DNA of 64,000 nucleotides from an uncultured Planctomycetota bacterium (GTDB lineage Bacteria; Planctomycetota; Planctomycetia; Gemmatales; Gemmataceae): NCBI GenBank assembly GCA_963849325.1, contig CAWKHF010000005.1, positions 160,001 to 224,000 of the forward strand, read 5' to 3'. Shown piece by piece: positions 56,059 to 64,000 of this stretch (position 1 is its first letter; each line of letters starts with the position of its first letter). The notes under the pieces were generated by a model. It saw only the letters and a program-made list of their open reading frames with translations, ran no database searches and was not told where the DNA came from. The position numbers and the translations under genes were made by a program.

Positions 56059-57027
56059 ATGCTTTTGGACACCTTTCCCCAGGTATTGATTCTCACCGGC
56101 CCGACCGGCTCCGGCAAGAGCGGCCTGGCCCTGGAGTTGGCCGGCCGGCTCGGCGCCGAGATCGTGTCGATGGATTCGATGGCGCTGTACCGCGGCATGG
56201 ACATCGGCACGGCCAAGCCGACGCCGGAGGAGCGCCGCCGTGTGCCGCACCACCTGATCGACGTGCTCGAACCGTGGGAGTCGGCCAGCGTCGCCTGGTG
56301 GCTGGAGCGCGCCGTCGCCTGCTGCCGCGACATCACCGGCCGCGGCAAGCGCCCCCTCTTCGTCGGCGGGACGCCTCTGTATCTGAAGGCGCTGCTGTAC
56401 GGCCTGTTCGAGGGTCCGCCCGCCGACGAGGCGATGCGCCGCCGCCTGGAGGAGGAGGCCGCCACGACCGGCGGGCCGTCCCTGCACGCCCGCCTCGCCG
56501 CCGTCGATCCCGTCAGCGCCGCCCGCCTGCATCCCAACGACGTGCGCCGCGTCATCCGCGCCCTCGAAGTCTGGGAGCTGACCGGCCGGCCCATCAGTGC
56601 CTGGCAAACGCAGTGGAACAGTGGCGAGTGGCTAGTGGCCAGTGGCGAGGGAAGAAGAAGTCTCTTCCCTCGCCACTGGCCACTAACCACTAACCACTGT
56701 TTATGGCTGGATCTGCCTCGTCCCGGAGCTGTACGCGCGGATCGATGCCCGCGTCGAGCGGATGATCGCCGCAGGGCTGGTGGACGAGGTGCGGGCGCTG
56801 CGGCGGTTGGAGCGCCCCTCAGCCGCGAGGCGGCGCAGGCGCTGGGCTACAAGGAGATGTTCGATTACCTCGACGGCCGGGCCGAACTGCACGAGACAGT
56901 TCGCCGCATCCAGACGCGCAGTCGTAACTTCGCCAAGCGGCAAATCACCTGGTTTCGCCATCTGCCGGCCTGCCGGCCGATCAGTCCCGAATTGACATTT
57001 GCCGCCTGGAGCTTGACAATGCTATAA
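56059..57027 (+). CDS. miaA: tRNA dimethylallyltransferase (short frameshifted segment near 56720-56820)
   Basis: GPTGSGKS, SMDSMALYRGMDIGTAKP, VGGTPLY, HPNDVRRVIRALEV, QALGYKE, RNFAKRQITWFR. Confidence 0.96.
   Translation: MLLDTFPQVLILTGPTGSGKSGLALELAGRLGAEIVSMDSMALYRGMDIGTAKPTPEERRRVPHHLIDVLEPWESASVAWWLERAVACCRDITGRGKRPLFVGGTPLYLKALLYGLFEGPPADEAMRRRLEEEAATTGGPSLHARLAAVDPVSAARLHPNDVRRVIRALEVWELTGRPISAWQTQWNSGEWLVASGEGRRSLFPRHWPLTTNHCLWLDLPRPGAVRADRCPRRADDRRRAGGRGAGAAAVGAPLSREAAQALGYKEMFDYLDGRAELHETVRRIQTRSRNFAKRQITWFRHLPACRPISPELTFAAWSLTML
56612..56699. repeat. Heptamer-armed palindrome inserted in-frame in miaA
   Basis: agtggcgagtggctagtggccagtggcgagggaaga ... tcttccctcgccactggccactaaccactaaccact. 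Confidence 0.85.
56992..57020 (+). promoter_or_regulatory. Putative sigma70 promoter TTGACA-N17-GACAAT for the FHA gene
   Basis: Exact -35 consensus, 17-nt spacer, within the miaA 3' end. Confidence 0.55.
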
Positions 57028-57096
57028 GTCGTGCAGCGAGCGTTGCGTCCTTCGTCGGGTTGTCGAGAGCGGCGTGCGTCGTGGAGGATCGTAGCC

Positions 57097-57815
57097 ATGC
57101 CGGTCGTGACGTTTCAAATCCTCGAAGGAATCGACAAGGGCCGCATCTTCCGCGAATTGCCCACGCCCGTCACCATCGGCCGCGAGGAAGGCAACAGCCT
57201 GCGCCTCAACGACGAGCGCGTCAGCCGCTTTCACGCCAAGGTCCAGTACGACAACGGCGAGATCATCCTGACCGACCTGGAAAGCACCAACGGCACGCGC
57301 GTCAACGGCAACGTCGTGCAGATCCGCCGGCTGCGCCCCGGCGACCGCATCGGCGTCGGCCGATCGCTGCTGCTGTTCGGCTCGCCGCAGGAGATCGAGG
57401 CGCGCAACGCCGCCCTGACCGGCCTCAGCACGCCCACGGCCGGCGACGCCGACCGCCGACCCGTTGCCGGCCACCGTCCAGGCCCAGACCCTCGCCGCGC
57501 AGTTCGACCACGACATCGATTTCGACCTCAACCTGCAGCGAGAAGATCACGGTGACGGCCGGCGCGCTGTTCCTGGGCAATCGGCCGTTGCCGCCGTTGC
57601 CGCAGAAAATGACGCCCTCGCAGGCCGCCCGCCTGGCCGAACTGCTCGACTTCCTGCACCGCCATCTGACCCTGGCCACCGAGAACATCAGCGCCAACGA
57701 GGACGGCACCCACGTCACCCTCCGTTACGCCGACTGGCAGCGCGTGCTGGCCGTGCAGATGGTGCTGGCCCGCTACGTCCGCGCCGTCGCCGAGCCGGAC
57801 GCGCTCGAGGAATGA
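57097..57815 (+). CDS. FHA domain protein (frameshifted)
   Basis: TIGREEGN, VSRFHA, LTDLESTNGTRVNG, LRPGDRI. Confidence 0.9.
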
Positions 57816-57976
57816 TCTCAAGTCTGACCGCAGCCCTCCACACGAAGAACGAGGAGAGACGGTGCGCGGACGCTACTGTGCTTGTGCGCGCCGGGGTCCG
57901 CGATTTATGGTGCAGGAGCCGCTGGCGGCGTAGCGCAGAAGCGCTGAAGCCGCCAGCGGCCTGAGAGGATCGTCGT

Positions 57977-60900
57977 ATGCCGCAAAGTCCGTTCGTTCAT
58001 CTGCACTGCCACAGTCACTACAGCCTGCTCGACGGCGCCAACCGCGTGCCGGAACTGGTGGCCCACGTCAAGAAGCTGGGCATGAACGCCTGCGCCATCA
58101 CCGACCACGGCAACCTGTTCGGCGCCATCGAGTTTTATCAGGAATGCAAGGCCGCCGGCATCAATCCGATCATCGGCTACGAGGCCTACGTCGCCCCCGG
58201 CAAGCGCACCGAGCGCGAGGCCAAGAAACGCGGCGAGGCCGGCTATCACCTGACGCTGCTGGCCAAGAACGCCACCGGCTTCAGCAACCTCATCAAGATG
58301 GCCAGCGTCGCCTACCTGGAGGGCTACTACTACATCCCGCGCATCGACAAGGAACTGCTCGTCGATCATCACGAAGGACTGATCTGTCTGTCCGGCTGCG
58401 CCAGCTCCGAGTTCAGCGAATGGATCCTCAAGGACCAGATGGACGAGGCCGAGAAGGTCTGCGCCTGGTTCGCCAAACTGTTCGGCAAGGACTTTTACGT
58501 CGAGGTGCAGAACAACGGCATCGACGTGCAACGCCTGTGCGCGCAGGGGGCCATCGACATCGCCAACAAGCTCGGTCTGCCGCTGGTCGCCACCTCCGAC
58601 GCCCACTATCTGACGCGCGACGACGCTCCCGCCCATGACGTGCTGCTGTGCATCAACACCGGCAAGACGCTGAACGATCCCAACCGCCTGCGCTACGGCA
58701 ACGGCGATGGCCGCATGATCGATCAGTTCTACGTCTGCGCGCCCGACGAGATGTATCGCCGCTTTCCCCGACCTGCCGGACGCCGTCCGCCGCAGTCAGG
58801 AGATCGCCGACGGCGTGGACATTCAGCTCAACTTGAAGGCCCGCCATTTCCCGGTGTTCACGCCGCCCGCGGGCAAGAAGCCGGAGGAGTACCTGCGCGA
58901 GCTGTGCGAGAACGGCCTGCGCGAGCGCTACGGCGACAATCCGCCGCCGGCGGTGCGCGAGCGGCTGGAACACGAGCTGGGCATCATCTGCCGCATGGGC
59001 TTCGCCAGCTATTTCCTCATCGTCTGGGACTTCGTCAACTTCGCGGTCGAGAACGGCATTCCCGTGCAGTGCCCGCGGCTCCGGCTGCGGAGCACTGGTC
59101 AGCTACGTCCTGAAACTCAGCCACGTCGATCCGCTGGAGTACGATTTGCTGTTCGAGCGCTTCCTCGACCCCAACCGCTCCGAGGCACCCGACATCGACA
59201 TCGACTTTTGCCAGGATCGCCGCGAGGAAGTGATCGCCTACGTCAAGCGCAAGTACGGCGAGGAGAGCGTGGCGCAGATCGGCACCTTCGGCACGATGGC
59301 CGCCCGCGCCGCCATCAAGGACGTGGGCCGCGTCCTCGACGTGCCGCTGGATCGCGTCAACCAGCTGACGAACATGGTCCCCAAGACGCTGGGCATCACG
59401 CTCGACGAGGCGCTGCAGCAGAGCGGCGAGCTGAAGCAGGCGTACCAGTCCGACCCGGCGGTGCGCGAGCTGATCGACATCGCCCGGAAGCTGGAGGGCA
59501 CCAACCGCAACGCCGGCACCCACGCCGCCGGCGTCGTCATCGCCAACGGCCCGCTGAGCGATTACGTGCCGCTGCAGCGCGTCGTCCGCAAGGGCGAGGA
59601 CGCCGGCTCGCGCAGCGGCGAGGCCGTCGTCACGACGCAATGGGTCATGGGCGACCTGGAAAAGGTCGGCCTGCTCAAGATGGACTTTCTGGGTCTGCGC
59701 ACGTCTGACATTGCTGGACAAGGCGGTGCGGCTGATCGAGAAGACGCGCGGCGAAAAGATCGACGTGTACAAGCTGCCGCTGGACGACCCGGAGACGTAT
59801 CAGCTGTTGCAGCGCGGCGACGCCAAGGGCGTGTTCCAGTTCGAGTCCGACGGCATCCGCGAATTGCTCAAGCGGCTGCAGCCGGACAACATCCGCGACA
59901 TCATCGCCTGCACGGCGCTGTATCGTCCCGGCCCGCTCGGCGGCGGCATGGTGGACGCCTACATCAACTGCAAGCACGGCCGCGAGAAGCCGGTCTATCC
60001 GCACCCGGTCATGGAGGAAATCCTCGGGCGAAACCTACGGCGTCATGGTCTATCAAGAACAGGTAATGCGGATCTTAAATCGGCTGGGCGGCATCGAGCT
60101 GTCCAGCGCCTACGCCTGCATCAAGGCCATCAGCAAGAAGAAGCAGGAGATCATCGACGCGCGCCGAGTGGATTTCATCAGCGGGGCGCAGGAGCGCGGC
60201 GTGAGCAAGGAGGTCGCCGAGGACATCTTCGCCAAGATCGTCTATTTCGGAGGATACGGATTCAATAAGTCTCACTCTTGCGCCTACGCCTACGTCTCCT
60301 ACCAGACCGCCTACCTGAAAACGCACTACACGCCGGAGTTCATGGCGGCGCTGTTGTCCAGCGAGATCGAGGACGGCAACAAGCGCGACATCATGGTCGA
60401 TCACATCGCCGACGCCCGCAAGATGGGCGTCGAGGTGCTGCCGCCCAACGTCAACGCCAGCGACAGCGAGTTCACCGTGTACGACGGCAAGATCGTCTTC
60501 GGTCTGACGGCCATCAAGGGCGTCGGCCGCAGCTCCTCCGAGGAGATCGCCCGTGCCCGCGGCGAGGGCGGGCGCTTCAAGGACCTGTTCGACTTCTGCG
60601 AGCGCGTCGATGCCAAGGTCGTCAACAAGGCCACGATCGAGCGGCTCATCAAGGCGGGCGCGTTCGATCGCTTCGGCGGCCACCGGGCGCAGCTGACGGC
60701 ACGTGCTGCCGCGCGCCATGCAGGCGGCCGCCGATCGGCAGAACGACAAGCGGCTCGGCCAGCGCAACCTGTTCGACGTCCGCCGCCGGCGGAATCGGCC
60801 GCCGTCGTCAGCCGAGTCGAGGGAGACGCTGCCGGACGTGCCGCCGTGGTCGGAGACCGAGAAGCTGAAGTACGAGAAGGAAGTGCTCGACTTCTACCTG

Positions 60901-61499
60901 TCCAGCCATCCCGCTGGCCCAGAACGAGAAGGTGCTGCGCCGCTTCGCCAGCCACACCGCCGAGGAGATGAAGCACGCTGCCGGCCGATCAGGAAGTGAC
61001 GCTCGGCGGCATGTTCGCGCAGATCGCCTTGAAGAACACCCAGAAGGCGCGCAACGGCAACAGTCGTTATTTGCTGGCCCGCATCGAGGACATGACCGGC
61101 TCGGCCAAGTGCGTCATGTGGCCGGACGATTTCGCTCGCTTCAAGGAGGAGGTGCGCGACGATCAGCCTTACATCATCAAGGGCACGGTCGATCGCCGCC
61201 GCGAGGAGCCGACGCTGGTCATCAACCGCATTTTGACGCTGGAACAGGCGCAGCGCGAACTGGCCGCGGGCTGTACCTGCTGCTGCGGCTGGGGCGCAAT
61301 CAGCCGGAGGACATCGATCGCCTCGGAGCCGTGCTGCGGCAGGCGCCGGGGCCGTGCCCGGTGTTCCTGACGATCAAGGACGGGGCGGACAAGTTCTGCG
61401 TACTGAAGCTTGGCCGCGACTTCGCCATCAACCCCACGAACGTTCCCGCAGGAGGAACTGGAGGCGATTCTGGGACCGAACAGCGTGCGGCTGATGTGA
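57977..61499 (+). CDS. dnaE: DNA polymerase III alpha subunit (multiple frameshifts)
   Basis: FVHLHCHSHYSLLDG, AITDHGN, PDIDIDF, KMDFLGL, ALYRPGP, YQEQVM, YGFNKSH, OB-fold and C-terminal domain ending RLM*. Confidence 0.96.
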
Positions 61500-61533
61500 G
61501 GCGACGGGGGCGGTATCATGTTCCCCCACTCAT

Positions 61534-61580
61534 CCGGAGCGCTAGCGACAGGTTGCAAGAACCCGTCGCGGACGCTCCGG
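61534..61580. repeat. Imperfect REP-like palindrome between convergent genes
   Basis: ccggagcgctagcgacaggtt...acccgtcgcggacgctccgg. Confidence 0.6.
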
Positions 61581-61600
61581 GCGAGTGGTTTGGAAATGGT

Positions 61601-62942
61601 CTACTTGGGCGGGTTGACTTTTTCCTTGAGGCGCTCCAGGTCGATCTCCGCCTCCAGCCGGTTCAAGGTGGCATCCTGCACGATTTCCTCCGATGCCGCC
61701 CCGGTTTGATGGAGTCGGCGAACACGATCCTCCATCTCCTTCCACAAATCGACGATCTTCTTTTGCACGGCGACTCGCTCTTTGTCCGTCTCGCACAATT
61801 CCAGTTCCGCCTTGAGAACGCGGATCTCCGCCTGCCGCACGATCTCCGGACCTGCGGTCCCCATCTGTAGCCGCCGTCGCGCTCTCACCGCCCCGGCCCG
61901 CAGGATGTCCAGCCGTTCCTTCAGCAGGGCCCGAACCCTCGACTCTTTCGGCGCCGGAGCCGAGTCCGTCCCCTTTTTTTCTGTGGGTCCATGAGCCGAT
62001 TGCCTGTCCTCCTTCGGCCTAGGCGGAGGCGCCTTTTCCTCCCCGCTCGCCTTCGGCTTGGGCGTCAGGGCATGCGTCGAGACGGCCGCGCCGGCGAAGA
62101 CGAAGCCCGCCGTCAGGACACCCAGGGTCGCCAGTTTCAGTTTGTTCAGCAACATGGCTTTCAACACTCCTTCCGTCAAGGCGGCGACCGGAGCGGAAAT
62201 CACTCCGCCGGCCGCCGCCGGACCCGCGAGAACGATCATTGCACTTTGGACCGTGGACGAGACGAGCGGGGCCGGCACACACGCCGGCGCCGCCTTCTGG
62301 GTCAGGACCGTTGCCAGGACCGCGCCGGGCAGGACCAGGCCGCGCCGGCTCAGCCGTCCGGCCAGCTTCGCCCGTGCTCGGGTCAGTCGGCTCGACAGCG
62401 TCCCCTCGGGCAGACGCAGTTGTTGGGCCGCGTCCTTGCGCGATTTGCCCTCCAGGTCGCACAGGACGATGGGCAGCCGGTACTTCTCGGCCAGCCGGCT
62501 CAGCTCCCGATCGAGCAGGGGTTGCAAGTCATGCCACGGGGTTTCCTGCGACGCCGCTTCCGGCTCGGGCATGTGCCGTCATCTGCCTCTCCCGCGAGGC
62601 CCGCCTGGCATTGATCGCCCGCGCCTTGAGCGCCGTGTTGTGGGCCACGCCGTAGAGCCAGTTGGCGACCGTCGCGCGCGATTGGATCGAGGCGGCCTTG
62701 CGGACGAGGACGAGAAACGTCGCCTGGAAAGCGTCCTCGGCGTCCGCCAGTGTTCGCAACACCCGACGGCAGACGCCGAGGACCATCGGGCCGTGACGCC
62801 GGACCAGCGCCTCGAACGCGACTTCGTCCCGATGCTCGAGGAAGCACGTCAACAGTTGTTCGTCCGACAGGCTGGCCGCCTCCCCCGCCAGGACCACGCG
62901 GCGAAGATGGTCGATGACCCGCTTGCCCTGGCTCGCCGTCAT
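61601..62942 (-). CDS. Gemmata-type ECF sigma factor with TM and periplasmic C-terminal extension (frameshifted)
   Basis: SDEQLLTCF..RDEVAFEALVRRHGPMVLGVCRRVL..DAEDAFQATFLVL; LCDLEGKSR..GTLSSRLTRAR; LTEGVLKAM + TM + helical domain. Confidence 0.92.
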
Positions 62943-63066
62943 GTCGCGCTCTCCTTCACGGACCTCGATCCGCCTCTATCGATTACTTCCCGGTCGGGAC
63001 GCCTTTCATCCCTTTTTTTCGCCGAAAAATGGCGCAGAAGTGGACCCTGTTGGCGCGGATGTTGGG

Positions 63067-63137
63067 CGTAGGGTGGGCCGAGCTTGCGAGGCCCACCAGC
63101 GAGCGTGGTGGGCCTCGCAAGCTCGGCCCACCCTACG
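63067..63137. repeat. GTAG-type REP doublet
   Basis: cgtagggtgggccgagcttgcgaggcccacca ... tggtgggcctcgcaagctcggcccaccctacg. Confidence 0.85.
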
Positions 63138-63155
63138 TCCCATGCCGCCAGCCGT

Positions 63156-63893
63156 TCAATCTAGGCCAAAAAACGCCGGCACGCCGATACGAAAGATCAT
63201 GGCGATGGAGCGCACCGCTTCGCGGACGTTGACCTTGGACTTGCCGGCACGGCGGTTCTCGAAGATGATGGGCGTCTCGCCGATCTTGCCGCCGGCGCGG
63301 CGGCAGCGATACAGCACTTCTTGCTGGAACGAGTAGCCGCGCGAGCGGACTTGCTCCAACCGCGCTTCGCGCAGCTTGGCGACGCGGTAACAGCGATAAC
63401 CGCCGCTGCAATCGCGCGCCGGGATGCGCATGAGCACGCCAACCAGGGTATTGATGCCTCGGCTCATCAGCCGACGGCGGAGCGGCCAATTCTCGCTGCC
63501 GCCGCCGGGAACGTAGCGCGAGCCGATCATAACGTCGTGCTGCTCCATGCCGGCCAACAGCGCCGGCAGGTAGCGCGGATGATGGCTGAAGTCGGCGTCC
63601 ATGTTGACGAACAGGTCGTAGTCGTGCTCCAGGGCGTAGCGCATGCCGTCGAGGATGGCGGTGCCCAGGCCGAGCTTGCCCGGCCGATGCAGCACGTGCA
63701 GGCGTGGGTTGTCGGCCGCCAGCTCGTCGGCCAACCGGCCGGTGCCGTCGGGCGAGTTGTCGTCGATGACCAGCAATTCCGCCGAGGGAACGGTCTTGTG
63801 GATCTCCGCCAGCAGCGGCGCCAGGTTGTCGCGCTCGTTGTAGGTGGCGAGGGATACCAGGATGCGGGGAGGCGCGGCGGACGGCACGACCAC
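63156..63893 (-). CDS. Polyprenol monophosphomannose synthase-like GT2 glycosyltransferase
   Basis: ATYNERDNL, IDDNSPDGTG, GKLGLGTA, MDADFSH, IGSRYVPGG, ETPIIFENRRAGKSK. Confidence 0.92.
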   Translation of the reverse strand: MVVPSAAPPRILVSLATYNERDNLAPLLAEIHKTVPSAELLVIDDNSPDGTGRLADELAADNPRLHVLHRPGKLGLGTAILDGMRYALEHDYDLFVNMDADFSHHPRYLPALLAGMEQHDVMIGSRYVPGGGSENWPLRRRLMSRGINTLVGVLMRIPARDCSGGYRCYRVAKLREARLEQVRSRGYSFQQEVLYRCRRAGGKIGETPIIFENRRAGKSKVNVREAVRSIAMIFRIGVPAFFGLD

Positions 63894-64000
63894 TCCTTGA
63901 CAATTGCGGCTTGCACAATGCGTTCCAGGAATTATCCTACAAGATTAGGCATCGCCTCGGGAGACGCGGCCAGCCCATCCGCGAGGGGAGCACAACCGCA

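Noticed and set aside
57977-61499. dnaE (and many other genes) as pseudogenes or programmed frameshift cases
   Set aside because: Single-base indels are spread across nearly all long genes, including essential ones, while all motifs are intact. This is best explained by uncorrected long-read errors.
63900-64000. Riboswitch at window end
   Set aside because: No match to any riboswitch consensus I can recognise; the sequence is truncated by the window edge.

Overview
GC-rich bacterial chromosomal window, almost certainly Planctomycetota and Gemmataceae-like. Lineage markers are a planctomycete 'LESLEERLAP' export signal, DUF1501, DUF1552 and DUF1592 genes, a TIGR03000 domain, DUF4058 and a Gemmata-type ECF sigma factor with a C-terminal extension. 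Single-base indels break many genes, including essential dnaE, so most frameshifts are probably long-read errors; genes were stitched across frames by eye. Housekeeping genes: asnS, cstA, 2x tatA, tRNA-Val(CAC), nirB-nirD fusion, miaA, dnaE and a GT2. Accessory and unusual content: (1) a co-oriented cluster downstream of the tRNA with three exported or membrane-anchored clan-CD proteases (TPR-CHAT, caspase-DUF4384 lipoprotein, trypsin-HEAT-caspase-FGE) plus an exported Ppx/GppA-fold enzyme and a 37-37-37 bp repeat-spacer-repeat; (2) a large STAND/NACHT-like NTPase with a C-terminal PD-(D/E)xK-like motif and a vapB plus vapC remnant, inserted between the normally adjacent DUF1592 and DUF1552 genes; (3) two TPR-sulfotransferases, a JmjC hydroxylase and a secreted surface protein, possibly a protein-modification system; (4) a coiled-coil/FHA/Ser-Thr kinase/ECF sigma operon; (5) three dispersed paralogs of a small protein with an Hfq/Sm-like pattern, one directly upstream of miaA; (6) many REP/MITE-like palindromes, two lying in-frame inside genes and several starting at stop codons. 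All family assignments come from motif recognition, not database searches.
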